Assembly (NCBI GenBank): GCA_907165135.1
Contig: OU015567.1
Location: 7,006,001-7,070,000 of the forward strand
From: Oikopleura dioica
Lineage: Eukaryota; Animalia; Chordata
DNA length: 64,000 bases
Direction of reading: 5' to 3'
The position numbers and the translations under genes are program-made. A model generated the notes under the pieces. That model was not told the DNA's origin. It saw only the letters and a program-made list of their open reading frames with translations, and did not search any database. Shown in pieces: positions 22,801 to 35,792 of this stretch (within the stretch, counting starts at the first letter, position 1; every line of letters starts with the position of its first letter).

Positions 22801-25800
22801 CGAGAAGCCGCTTGCGGCTTCGAAAACAAAAATTAGAGCCGCGCTCTGCGCGGCTTTCTTTTTAAAAATCTCGAAGCCGCGGGCGGCTTCTCGAAGGTTA
22901 TTTTTGATTTTAATTTTGGACTTGAAATTGTGCTTGTTAGAAGTTATTACATCAATAATTTATAACTACACGTAAACTTGGTGTTGGAAGAATAAAAAAA
23001 AGATGTTGTTTCTTGTTTCGCGGAGCATTAGAATGCTGGAATTGATCGTCAGCCCGGGAGACCCCGCCAGCGGTCGGGCAGATGGCCGCCGATTGACATG
23101 GCGGTCGGAAAACATCCAGTAAAATCAGATCACTTCAAATTTGCGAAATTGACTCAACAAAACAGTGAACACAACGGGCCTCCTTCTGAGACACGTTTAA
23201 TTCTAGCGCCAGTACAGTCATAAACGTGGTCTTGAACGCAAAGAGGCGATAGTCCCTCCTCTCGAATTCGGGACTAAATATTTGCTCGTTCGGACTCTCA
23301 CTCGACCATAACCGGCATCTAAATGACGACTTGGATCAATAATTTATTAAAATCGGTAAACTACCCCGCTCAAATATTTGCGGCGCCTAATTCCTCGCTT
23401 TCGCAAAAAGTACTCTCTTGAAAGCAAATTCTTTTCGATACCGGGTTAGATAGAGATTCCCGAGGTCAAACATTATATAATCGTAATAATGACTGTTACA
23501 AATAAAATTTAATTTATGAGAAAAATGAAATAATGAAAAATATAATTACTACGAAAGCCGCGCAGCGGCTTTTGGAAACGAAGCCGCGCAGCGGCTTTCC
23601 TGAAACCGAAGCCGCGAAATTTCTTCGCCGAAAATTTGATATCTAGAAACTAAATAAAAATTAAATATCTTTATTTTTTAAGACTTCAAATTTTTGGCGA
23701 AGCCGCTCTGCGGCTTCGTTTTTAAAAAAAGCCGCTGCGCGGCTTTCGAATTTAACTATTTCAGCGATGGATTTAGGAATCAAGAAGTAGCGCGGTCTTC
23801 CATCTTATCATTTTCTAGGGCAGATAGCCCCGTAAATAGAAGAAAGCAGCATTCTAAATTGACTTCTTGCTGCGAAGTGGATGGAAGGAAATTAGGGGGC
23901 AAAGGAGCAACGCGTCATTTTTTTTTTGCGAGTTGGGCAAATACGCACTGAACAGTTATCTTTTGAAGTTTTCGCATTTTTGAAACTTCTCAAGCGCGTA
24001 AAGACAATTTACGAAAGCTGCTGTCTTTCTGTTCAAAAAAAAAAATGTTTCCTAAATACCGTTTTTCGGACCGTTTAAAAAGTGACCGGAATTCAAGCGG
24101 CCTCGTTTTTGGAAAAGATCTTCAAGTAACAATTTTGATTTACTGCCATTTTGTGTCAGAATCAGTGTCGGAATCAATGTTTACCATTTTTTAACGTAAA
24201 AACGTTTCATCGTCAAATTTACAACATCGTTGTCGTCGATTTTATAGCGGATTATTAGATGCCGATCAAATAGAATTTCATCCACCTCAAAAGCAGTAAA
24301 ACATGGGATAAGTGGTTTATTATAAAAAATAATCATTCCCCTGTTTATTCAGAATCAGAGCTCAGCAACCTGAGTCAGGGTCTTAAGATCGCAAATGAAA
24401 AGCCGCGTAGATTTTATAATAGCCGGAATTTTATAAATTATAATAGATTGGAAAAGTAACTTTTCGACTTCGTTTTGAAAAAAGCCGCTACGCGGCTTTT
24501 CGTTTAAGATCTTTAGACCCTGACTCAGATTTTCTATACAGGTTGGCGAGTCCAGAGTATTCGCCACCAAGGTCATTTTTCTTCTGATTTAGTTTCAACT
24601 TTAGTTTCCCACTTTTTTCCCAAGGAATTTCGCGATATTTGCGTCTTGTCAAAAGCGAAGCCTTTTTATTCCTCAGCTGAGGAAAACATTCCTTGTGCAG
24701 GAATCTCTGTTCTTTTCAAACAGGGGGACTGTAAAATGAGAAATCCAAACTGATAGGGTAGTCATCCAGTTGACAGCTGCTTGTATACTTTTGGCTGTGA
24801 CGACACTAGAAAGAATTGTCATTTGCGCGGAAGAAACGGCCGGATCTTTTAGCTCCAGGATTTCTTCATTGTCGATGGTGTTTTTTTTAATTTTAGACAG
24901 TTTTTTGTCGTTAAATTAAAAAGATCAAACATCAAACAGACGATTCTAACCAAAATTTATAGGACGCGTCATATGAACTACCCAAAAGATCTGGTGAAGA
25001 GCTTGAGTCTGATAGACAAGTGGGAGTTCAATGTTTTCGACGTCTCCGATGCTTCCAAACAAAGGCCGCTTACGTATGTTTTATACGAACTGCTCAAGAA
25101 GTACGATTTACTTTCGACGTTCAAGGTAATCGAAAATCCAAATTTCATCAAAATTCAATCAAAACTGGCTTCTACCTTTCATAACCTTATTTTCTTCTGA
25201 TTCATTCGATAATTAGCGGGCTAGTTTCAGACAAAATATTTTGTAAAAAATATACAGTTGGCCGTCAAAAGCTCATTCAAAATTTTCTCGAAGGAAAACT
25301 CCATTTTAAGGGTATAACCGTCGATTTCCCCAATGATCGAAAATAAACTCATTTATTGAAATTTTACTGAACAAAAGGAAAAGTTCAAACTTTGACGAAA
25401 AAGTTAAACAACCAGCGATTTCGTTGATCTTTATTTTTCTAAAGCCTTAGTAAGTATTATGGTTATTTTCTTAGGCTGAATAACCCCCTTCCGCCCGTCG
25501 CGCAACGCAGCGCTCAAGTCCCACCTAATCAGCTCCTGTCAGTGACAGTCAGTGCGACTTCTGCGAGTATTTTCTTGAGCACTGGTCGTATTTGCTCTAG
25601 CAGCCCCTGGCAGCCGATATCGCTGACAGGATCTCATGTCAAATGTCTCCGATTTCGCCGATTGCGCTTATTTTTCAATTCAGCTTTCTTTAATTAAAAG
25701 AAAGCTTCCCTCAAAGTTACCGTAAAAGAAAGCATCGATAGAAAAATATTCCTCCGCTATTTGGGAGACGAAAGAAGCAATTACAAATCTGAATATTTTA

Positions 25801-28315
25801 GATTCCGACGAATGTGCTCATGTCCTTCGCGGACAAGGTAGACGCTGGCTATAGAAAACACCGGAATCCGTACCACAACCCTAATCACGCTGCTGATGTC
25901 GCCCAGACCACCCACTTTTTTATTTGCCAAACAGGTAAAAAGAACACTTTTTCCACAACAGAAAAAGTTCACCTGGCCTCGGAAACCTGTGTTGAAAACC
26001 TGAGTCAGGGTCTGAAGGGTCTAGAATGAAAAGCCGCGTAGCGGCTTTTTCTAAGATACGAAGCCGCGAAGCGGCTTCGCGAATGTTACTTTTTCAGTCT
26101 TTTATAAAATTCTAGCGTATTTTGAAAAAGCCGCTACGCGCTCAGACCCTTACTCAGGTTTTCTACACAGGTTACCGATCCCGTCAGTTCACAGAAAAAA
26201 ATGCAGAAAGACTATTTTTTTTGAATTCTTGCCGAGGCAATTTCCGAAATCGAATCGCTGTGAAAAGTGCACTAAAGTCTATTTACATATTTGAAAATGG
26301 CTTCCATTACTTCCGGAAGCTCACTTGCGAGAAACATAATCGTGAGATTTCGTTTACTAATCCAATTGGGAATCGCTCCGTTGTCTAGAATTTTCTAGGC
26401 CTGCTCAACTGGCTCAGCGAAGTAGAAGTCTTTGCCATGATCTTCGCCGCTGCAATCCACGACTACGAACATACAGGCACAACGAACACATTCCACACGC
26501 AAACCAGGTGTGTTTGGCCAGCTACCAGAACTCTTCCGAAAGTTAGATCATCATTGTAAATAATGATTCGATAATAAGGTCGATACACAGTGGCAAAATG
26601 GAATGCCCAGTCTTACTACTGATAGAGTACCGTATCGGAGTTTCAGTAAAGTTTTATAAGACCACTTTTTGCTCATCAAATAAGTTGACAAATAAACTTG
26701 AATTCGCCAAAACTTTGAAATAAAATCGATAAGATAAGACCTCAAAATTAAGTAATTGATATTTTTATCCAATCAAAAACCTTTATAAACGCTTTTAGCC
26801 AATCAAAACCCCAATTTCCCCAACTATTTAAGACAAAACCAAATTGGCCTCGATATCTGGCTGTACAGAAGGTCGTTTTATTTTGTGCAAATAGACAAAA
26901 GTGACTGTAATAACTAAAGGATCAATTGAGGTCGCCTTTGGCCGTGCTGTACAATGATCGCTCCGTTCTTGAAAATCATCATGTCGCTGCCAGCTTCAAA
27001 ATGCTCCAAGACAACAAAGGAAGCAACATCGTTGCCGAACTGACCCGAGATCAATTTGAGGTATTTTCGCTGCTTCGTGTCCTTTTTTCAAATTGTGATT
27101 CAGGAATTCCGCTCGCTCGTTGTCGACATTGTGCTCGCCACCGACATGTCGCAACATTTCCAGCAAATGTCCCAAGTCACCGACGCGCTCAACAACCCGA
27201 AAGAGCTTGACAAAGTCAAAGTGATGGCTCTCATCGTTCACTTGGCCGACATTTCACACGCTGCCAAGTGCTGGGAGCTGCACGAACGGTACAGTCAAGA
27301 GGGAGAGAGCACTTGATTGAATCTCTCTCTCGCCCTGTTCACATAACATAACAGTAAATTGAAGCTGGAGCTACGCGCTCACTGAAGAATACTTCCGACA
27401 AGGTGATCGGGAGAAGGAACTTGGACTGCCTTGCTCCACTCTTTGCGATAGAAATACTGTGATGGTGCCGCAATCTCAATTTGGATTCCTGCGTTTTATC
27501 ATTGAGCCAAGTTTTAACACGCTGATTGAGCTCTTTAGGTACTCTTTTCAATTTGCTTGTAATTTGCTGAAAATCGAGAAGCCGCTTGCGGCTTCGAGAA
27601 AAAAAAGAAAAGCCGCGCTTCGCGCGGCTCAAATTTTCTTTTACTCGAAGCCGCAAGCGGCCTCTCGATTTTCAGCTAAGATTTTTCTTCAACCCTTCTC
27701 GTATAACATCTCTTCAGGCATATTGCTGACCACTATATCGCGAAAGAAGACGCGGCCCTAAATTCCGCTGATGTCGCTGAGAAAACCGAGGGCTCGCCAA
27801 ACCGAACGCGCCGCCATATTGTCAAGTGCCGCTTGGGGACTAGTCAAGACCAAGGTCAGTGTCAAGTTTTCTGTCACTGCAGCTGTCGTGATCTTCCCAC
27901 AAGAACTCGGCAACTTTTATTAGACGCCAAATTATTTCTAGTTCGAGTTAGAATCTTCTCAAGTAGTCTGTGACGCTTATTTACTGTATTTATTATAGGC
28001 GATGCACTTTACCCTGACTATACTTACGCAAACGTGGTGGCCCGGCTGGAGGAGAGCGGCAAGAAATGGATCGGAAACATCGAATCAAATAGAAAGAAGT
28101 GGTCCGCCTTGGCTGAAAAGGAAAAGGCCACTGCTTCGCCTAAAGATGAAAACAACAAGGACTCACTCTCCACAACCGACTCGACCAAAAACGCCTCCTC
28201 AGACTCGGCGGACAACAAAAACGAAAATTCTAATAATAACACTAAGGAGAAAAACTCAAAATCAACGAAATCAGAAACGTCGACAAAAACCACTGCGAAA
28301 GACAACGAAAACTGA
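19866..28315 (+). CDS. PDE1: Ca2+/calmodulin-dependent cyclic nucleotide phosphodiesterase (PDE1 family), ~12 exons
   Basis: N-terminal NLEASARTLEALY and IPSEVKNWLVGTF match the PDE1 N-region. The catalytic exons give DKWEFNVF, NPYHNPNHAADV, AAAIHDYEHTGTTN, LYNDRSVLENHH, LATDMSQHF, HLADISH, EEYFRQGDREKELGLP and QFGFLRFIIEP. Confidence 0.92.
20075..20294. mobile_element. First copy of an abundant ~200-340 bp MITE family with TIR ~CTGGGCTCGGCAACCTGTGTAGAAAACCTGAGTCAGG
   Basis: Further copies at about 24355-24554, 25973-26177, 42408-42618, 43795-44022, 45740-46110 (composite), 46550-46762, 47375-47700, 49488-49828, 53340-53585, 56534-56752 and 63920-64000 (partial). Internal inverted motifs of the AAAAGCCGCGTAGCGGCTTTT type. 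TSD not resolved. Confidence 0.85.
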
Positions 28316-28568
28316 TGCCGCTACGCCGCAACGCTCAAAGCACCAGATGAAACCTCATTTTTTTTTGATATCAAGAAGAGTCTCTGTTCAGAAAATATCA
28401 ACGTAGAATTTCAAAAAAACAACGATTACTACTATTAAGATATATAATAAATAAATATACTAAATTAACATTTTCTGTTTCCTTGAATATTGGCTTTGGC
28501 TGAAGTCATTTGATCAAATATTAGCATTATATGAAGGAGAAAACGTATTTCATGCAACTCAACGAAAA

Positions 28569-30709
28569 ATGAACGGCAATGAAGAACTATTAGCGCTAAG
28601 AGATATTTACAGGGAACGAGTTATTCCCGAGAATAAACGATTCAAGCAGCGATGTGTTCTTTTTTCAGCCGAGAGTTTGAAAGAAAATCATCGAAGTTTT
28701 TGGAAAGAAATTTTTCTTTTCAACTACTCAGGTGGGGACAGAAATCGAAGCACGGCGCAAGCAAGAGACTCGGAATTCGATGAGTTTTTGGATTTCAAGA
28801 GGTTTTCTGATGGATCCGGGCCTCATACCTATTTAAAAAAGCTCCTTGAATACAGAAAATTGCCAAAAGAAGAGCGATGGAAAAAGCTCAAGCTTGCTGA
28901 TTTCGCAGGCGCTCTTCAGAAAAAGACAGGGGAGGAGGAGGAAAGTCCGCAAACTCTTAGCCCTTTCAGCACTTACATTAGACCACAAACATTCTTGGAA
29001 GAAATATTGGACATTCAACTTCATTCACTGTGGCTGGAAAAAACAACGAATGAATTGGGAGAGTTGAAACTCCTATTTCCAAATGAAAAGCAATTCAAAG
29101 AAGATGTTTCCAAATCAGATGCTTCGGTGCAGGAATTCGCCAGGGACGAAGCGAAAGCCCAGGCCTGGCTGAATATTTCCACCTGTTTGTTAAAAGCATT
29201 TGAAGATCAAGCTGCCTCTGTTTTTCACCTTTACCAAGATTTCTTTAGCGACATAGAGCGAGAAATGGAAGACAAAGAAGATTATTACGGCATAAGCGCT
29301 GGAACAACTAATGAATTCAAACTATGGCTGAATGAAGAGGTCAAGAAGCCGGATCATCTGAACCCGTTGAGCGAAGAAAACTTTACGAAAAATTTGAGCT
29401 ATCAGATTCCGGAGTTGGGCAGACTCGCAGCGACGAAGGTTTCACCGCCAACTACAACTATTCAGAATGCGCCCTATCAAACCATCAATCACTCCGTTTT
29501 AAAAACGATCGTTCCAGTTCTCCTCAAAATCCGCTGCTTTTTGGAAGGAAAGGATGAGCTTCACGAGCATTTATCATCTTTCATCTTGAAAACTGACGAT
29601 TCGAATCGATTCGTCAGTGTCACTTTGGCCGACGTTTTCAAAGAGAAGATTTCCGTGGAAATGAATTCAAAGTGGCTGAACTCGTCTTTGGAAGAAATCG
29701 AGGTCCGCTACGTTCACGAAGATTTCAACCCCGAATTATTCCCACTGCCCGAGTGGCTTCCAGATTTGAAGAATCTGTACACATTCTTGCTCGCGACCTT
29801 GGCTCGCTATCCGATGACGCTTTGCAGGCACGTGATGAAGAAGTTCGAGAGCGTCGGTTCCAACTCCTTCGACCATTCGAACTTCATCGCCGAGTTCAAT
29901 CCCGTCTTCGACCAATGCGTAGGCCTCGGACGTAAAAATTTCGATTTTCACCATCGGAGCTTCGTATGAGGACGAGTAGCTCATTCGAAAGCTCTTGAAG
30001 AGGGCTTATGGACAAATAAAAAATTGGACCCTGCCTCCCTGTTTCAAGTTATTTCGTAAAAACGTTTTTCGACTTTATCTTTAACGGCAGATTACTCAAA
30101 ACTGGGAGACAGGGTCCAATTTTTTATTTGTCCATAAGAAAGCCCTCTTCAAGAGCTTTCGAATGAGCCTATTCTCAATCCTATACGAAGCTCCGATGAT
30201 GGTGATGGATTTTTACGTCCGAGGCCTACCAATGCGCGTTGACCATCTTCTGCGTCGAGAATTTAAAGCTTACCAAGAGCAACTCCAGCACCGATCTCTT
30301 GTTCAACACTATGTTCAAGCTCAAAAACGAGTTCAAAGAAGCGCTCAAATGCAACTTTCAAAAGGTCCTTGTCCCGCCTCGGAATCACTTGAAATCGGGC
30401 GACTTCGACTTGCACTTGTATCTTCGGCGAATCAATAACTTCTCGCTCTATCCGATTCGGGCTGAGTCGATCGGACGAGTTCTGCAATTCGAAATGAAGC
30501 ACTTCAAGGACCTCTCTCGCGGAATGCACATTTCTACCAAGCCGAAAATGATCGAGTTCTTTCAGGATAATGCTCTCGTAATGATGGACGTTTTGAACGA
30601 TTGGATCAAAGAAGGAACGATAGTCAAGCAACACGCATTCGCAGAAAAGTCATCGAATCTCTCAAGTCTCAAAGGCCAGATGAAACAAAGAAGCTTGTCC
30701 AGCAGATGA
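28569..30709 (+). pseudogene. Intronless ~607-codon ORF of unknown function split by a MITE; may continue by frameshift into 30601-30966
   Basis: Removing 29920-30228 and one TSD copy joins ..FDQC to ALTIFCVENLK.. in frame. Confidence 0.7.
29920..30228. mobile_element. hAT-type MITE, 309 bp, 8-bp TSD CCAATGCG
   Basis: Termini TAGGCCTCGGACGTAAAAAT ... ATTTTTACGTCCGAGGCCTA with ~115-bp imperfect TIRs; TSD at 29912-29919 and 30229-30236. Confidence 0.9.
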
Positions 30710-31622
30710 TCCACGACTTTCGATCTGAAACGAGCACTTTTGTCGACAGCGAAGCGGACGGAATTTTCAAATTTTCATATTTTTTGAAAGATCTTTCCGA
30801 AAATGCGATCGGATACAGCGTCAACAAAAATGTTGATTTTTCACGGATTTTGATGGAGAAGAACTTTTGCATTCTGCGGGTTACAAATGACGAAGAATCG
30901 GATTTCTGGATTTTTGCCAGGAAGAAACAATCCAACGATTTATCAACGGGCAATCGACTTGTTTAGAAGAACTATTCGACCAAATGCAGAGTTCTGAGTT
31001 CCTCTCGCCAGTCACGAAAGATCTGTTAATTAGAATTGATGACAACGAAAAAGCTGCTTCGAACAGAGCTAGGGTTCCGCACGATTGGAGGACCTTATTT
31101 TTCAAAATCCGAATCCTTATTATATCAAAAATAGACTTTTTATAAACTATGGGTTTTCGAATACGGCGAAAAAATGATGACAATAATATTCCGATTCACC
31201 ATCGGAGTCGCCGATTTTTCTCGGTTTTTCATACTTCTAGTGGCAGCACAAACTTTTCTTTAACACTGTAGATAGAATCAACCCTAAAAATCACAAATCT
31301 GCAAAAACAAATTTAAAAAAATTCAAGGTTTTTATGTGCTGTCCATTTGAAAATTATCCATTATTTATCATTATGTGAAAATTGAGGAGGCGCGCTCTGA
31401 TTGGCTGATGAGGAAGACATTCTCAAGAGTCGATTTGAAGGAAGATTATTCTAAGCTTCCGCGATTTTGTCCTTGTTGGTGAAAAAGCCCTTTCTCGATA
31501 AGATTTTAAATAGAAACCATAACAAAGTAAAAATCTTGGATAATTTGACTTTTTTCAACAATGGGTGAGGGCGGGGTTGGGGACATAACTGAGATTGATC
31601 ACCTCAGAGTCCAACGCCGATC

Positions 31623-34160
31623 TCAAGCCCCTTAAATTTAAAAATCAAGGAACGGGGCTGAAACGGCCCGAAGGGCCGTCAAGCCCTTAAATTTAAAAAT
31701 CAAGGAACGGGGCTGAAACGGCCCGAAGGGCCGTCAAGCCCTTAAATTTAAAAATCAAGGAACGGGGCTGAAACGGCCCGAAGGGCCGTCAAGCCCTTAA
31801 ATTTAAAAATCAAGGAACGGGGCTGAAACGGCCCGAAGGGCCGTCAAGCCCTTAAATTTAAAATCAAGGAACGGGGCTGAAACGGCCCGAAGGGCCGTCA
31901 AGCCCCTTAAATTTAAAAATCAAGGAACGGGGCTGAAACGGCCCGAAGGGCCGTCAAGCCCTTAAATTTAAAATCAAGGAACGGGGCTGAAACGGCCCGA
32001 AGGGCCGTCAAGCCCCTTAAATTTAAAATCAAGGAACGGGGCTGAAACGGCCCGAAGGGCCGTCAAGCCCCTTAAATTTAAAATCAAGGAACGGGGCTGA
32101 AACGGCCCGAAGGGCCGTCAAGCCCCTTAAATTTAAAATCAAGGAACGGGGCTGAAACGGCCCGAAGGGCCGTCAAGCCCTTAAATTTAAAATCAAGGAA
32201 CGGGGCTGAAACGGCCCGAAGGGCCGTCAAGCCCTTAAATTTAAAAATCAAGGAACGGGGCTGAAACGGCCCGAAGGGCCGTCAAGCCCTTAAATTTAAA
32301 AATCAAGGAACGGGGCTGAAACGGCCCGAAGGGCCGTCAAGCCCCTTAAATTTAAAATCAAGGAACGGGGCTGAAACGGCCCGAAGGGCCGTCAAGCCCT
32401 TAAATTTAAAATCAAGGAACGGGGCTGAAACGGCCCGAAGGGCCGTCAAGCCCCTTAAATTTAAAATCAAGGAACGGGGCTGAAACGGCCCGAAGGGCCG
32501 TCAAGCCCTTAAATTAAAAATCAAGGAACGGGGCTGAAACGGCCCGAAGGGCCGTCAAGCCCCTTAAATTTAAAATCAAGGAACGGGGCTGAAACGGCCC
32601 GAAGGGCCGTCAAGCCCCTTAAATTTAAAAATCAAGGAACGGGGCTGAAACGGCCCGAAGGGCCGTCAAGCCCCTTAAATTTAAAATCAAGGAACGGGGC
32701 TGAAACGGCCCGAAGGGCCGTCAAGCCCTTAAATTTAAAAATCAAGGAACGGGGCTGAAACGGCCCGAAGGGCCGTCAAGCCCTTAAATTTAAAAATCAA
32801 GGAACGGGGCTGAAACGGCCCGAAGGGCCGTCAAGCCCCTTAAATTTAAAAATCAAGGAACGGGGCTGAAACGGCCCGAAGGGCCGTCAAGCCCCTTAAA
32901 TTTAAAAATCAAGGAACGGGGCTGAAACGGCCCGAAGGGCCGTCAAGCCCCTTAAATTTAAAAATCAAGGAACGGGGCTGAAACGGCCCGAAGGGCCGTC
33001 AAGCCCCTTAAATTTAAAATCAAGGAACGGGGCTGAAACGGCCCGAAGGGCCGTCAAGCCCCTTAAATTTAAAAATCAAGGAACGGGGCTGAAACGGCCC
33101 GAAGGGCCGTCAAGCCCCTTAAATTTAAAAATCAAGGAACGGGGCTGAAACGGCCCGAAGGGCCGTCAAGCCCCTTAAATTTAAAAATCAAGGAACGGGG
33201 CTGAAACGGCCCGAAGGGCCGTCAAGCCCCTTAAATTTAAAAATCAAGGAACGGGGCTGAAACGGCCCGAAGGGCCGTCAAGCCCCTTAAATTTAAAAAT
33301 CAAGGAACGGGGCTGAAACGGCCCGAAGGGCCGTCAAGCCCCTTAAATTTAAAAATCAAGGAACGGGGCTGAAACGGCCCGAAGGGCCGTCAAGCCCCTT
33401 AAATTTAAAAATCAAGGAACGGGGCTGAAACGGCCCGAAGGGCCGTCAAGCCCTTAAATTTAAAAATCAAGGAACGGGGCTGAAACGGCCCGAAGGGCCG
33501 TCAAGCCCTTAAATTTAAAAATCAAGGAACGGGGCTGAAACGGCCCGAAGGGCCGTCAAGCCCCTTAAATTTAAAAATCAAGGAACGGGGCTGAAACGGC
33601 CCGAAGGGCCGTCAAGCCCCTTAAATTTAAAAATCAAGGAACGGGGCTGAAACGGCCCGAAGGGCCGTCAAGCCCTTAAATTTAAAATCAAGGAACGGGG
33701 CTGAAACGGCCCGAAGGGCCGTCAAGCCCCTTAAATTTAAAAATCAAGGAACGGGGCTGAAACGGCCCGAAGGGCCGTCAAGCCCCTTAAATTTAAAAAT
33801 CAAGGAACGGGGCTGAAACGGCCCGAAGGGCCGTCAAGCCCCTTAAATTTAAAAATCAAGGAACGGGGCTGAAACGGCCCGAAGGGCCGTCAAGCCCCTT
33901 AAATTTAAAAATCAAGGAACGGGGCTGAAACGGCCCGAAGGGCCGTCAAGCCCCTTAAATTTAAAAATCAAGGAACGGGGCTGAAACGGCCCGAAGGGCC
34001 GTCAAGCCCCTTAAATTTAAAAATCAAGGAACGGGGCTGAAACGGCCCGAAGGGCCGTCAAGCCCCTTAAATTTAAAAATCAAGGAACGGGGCTGAAACG
34101 GCCCGAAGGGCCGTCAAGCCCCTTAAATTTAAAAATCAAGGAACGGGGCTGAAACGGCCC
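31623..34160. repeat. Homogeneous satellite, ~55-bp unit, ~45 copies
   Basis: Unit TCAAGCCC(C)TTAAATTTAAAA(A)TCAAGGAACGGGGCTGAAACGGCCCGAAGGGCCG. Copies differ almost only in homopolymer length. Confidence 0.98.
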
Positions 34161-34205
34161 ATCCCGGATCCGTGTTTTCCAAGCTAGAAAGCTTTTGAAA
34201 AAAAT

Positions 34206-34276
34206 GAGACGCGGGTTGGATTCGAGCTCGCCATCTCGTCTGCTCGAAGAGAAGCGCTCACCACTGAGCCAACTCC
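34206..34276 (-). other. Degenerate tRNA-like or SINE-head sequence
   Basis: The reverse complement has the A-box TGGCTCAGTGG and the B-box-like GAGCTCGAATCC at tRNA spacing; the acceptor stem does not pair. Confidence 0.4.
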
Positions 34277-34478
34277 AGGGTGACAGTGCAGTGCAGTACT
34301 CGATTCATATTTCCGCGAAGAGCGCCAGCCAATCAGCGCGCAGCAGGCCTCCTTGGCAAAATATACTTTGAAGCCCTTAAAAGGGCTGAAGGGGGATTTT
34401 CTGGAAAAACAGAGGCCAGGAATGAATTTCTAGGCATTATTTTGGTGGAATCTCCAAATTTTATTAAAATGAAAAATT

Positions 34479-35790
34479 TTGGTCCAATCGTGCGGAACCC
34501 TAAACAGAGCTTTCTTGTCGACAATTGTTGATCCCAATCGAGGGAAGTTCAAAATGCTGAGACGAGCGTACTTTGAACCAGGCAACTTTAGCATTGATGT
34601 TCCGGATGAAGAAGAAGTGCCAAATCTTTACCAGCAGAAATCGCAAACAACAAGGACGAAGACACTTTTGGCCCGACAGAAAAGTGTTGTTGATGAAACA
34701 GAGCAAAATGAGGAGCTCGAAGATGAAGACTCTATTTTCGAGGAGACAGAAGAAGCAAAAGAAGAAAAGAGAAAAATGCCATTGACTGGAGAGAGGAAGA
34801 CAGCATCTTTGTCGTACGAAAAACAGTGTTCGACAAGCTCGACTGGAAGGGAAAGTCTACGAAATCGCCCCTAATTCAATGACTCTTACCCCCGTTTTTG
34901 CCGTTGAAATGGAGAAAGACTGCGATTGCTATATCGTCACAAAAGACATCAACAACGAAACCGTCTTTAGCAACGTCTTTCAAGAAAGCTTAGAACTCGT
35001 CGTCAAGCAAATCGGAATCACAAACGAGGCAACAAAAATGGTCGAAAATCTCCGGCAATCAATTTTGAAGATAACGCTTTCTTTGAAAAACATTGTGAAG
35101 GAGCATTTTGCGATTTTCCGGCGAGTGGAAGCCTGGTTTCTTGAGATGCAAAAGACTGGAGGAGAGAATTTCAAGCTTCAAGAAACTTTGGATTATTTCA
35201 TCAAGGAATTTCCGAATGGGACGCGCCGACTTTACGAAAGCCTCAATTTTCTATTTCTTTCCGTGATGGGCAGATTCACCAGAAAACCCTACAATGAAAA
35301 GATCATCAATGATCCATTTTATCAGTCATTTCAACGAATGACTCTGGATATTTTGCACGAATGGACGCTTTTTGAAACGACAATCTCGAGTGCTTGGTCG
35401 TTTGAAATGATCAAAAATAACTTGCGACGAGGGCCTATTTCGATGGAAAATGAACACTTGGACATTCATTTTTTGAGAACTCTTGGAGGGCAAGAAGCAG
35501 AAAAGTACAAAGAAACGCTCAAAAGAATTATTGACGCTCTTCAAAATCACGGAAAGGAAAATCGTGTCGTTCGCCCAAAAAGAATATTCAGCCAGGAAAG
35601 TGTCGACCAGATCAATACTTCTCGAATTACTTTCCAGAAAAGATGCCAGGAGTCTGTATCAATGCTTGACTCAAGAATCATGAAGAAGAAGCAGAGCTTG
35701 CCTAAAGAACAAAGGAAAAAATTGGGCATTGGAAGAGTTTATGAAGCATCTTTTCTGAAGGCACTAGCGAAGAGCCAGAAGTCACTCTAA
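34479..35790 (+). CDS. Hypothetical protein(s): an acidic 131-aa ORF followed after 4 nt by a 303-aa helical ORF
   Basis: Long intronless ORFs; no domain recognised. Could be one gene or two cistrons. Confidence 0.55.
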
Positions 35791-35792
35791 GC

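Noticed and set aside
31623-34160. Possible CRISPR array
   Set aside because: The units are contiguous with no unique spacers, the context is eukaryotic and there are no cas genes.
34160-34190. Helitron 3' end (hairpin plus CTAG) as the source of the satellite
   Set aside because: The CTAG is ~25 nt from a truncated hairpin and no 5' TC end or Rep/Hel sequence was found; too weak.
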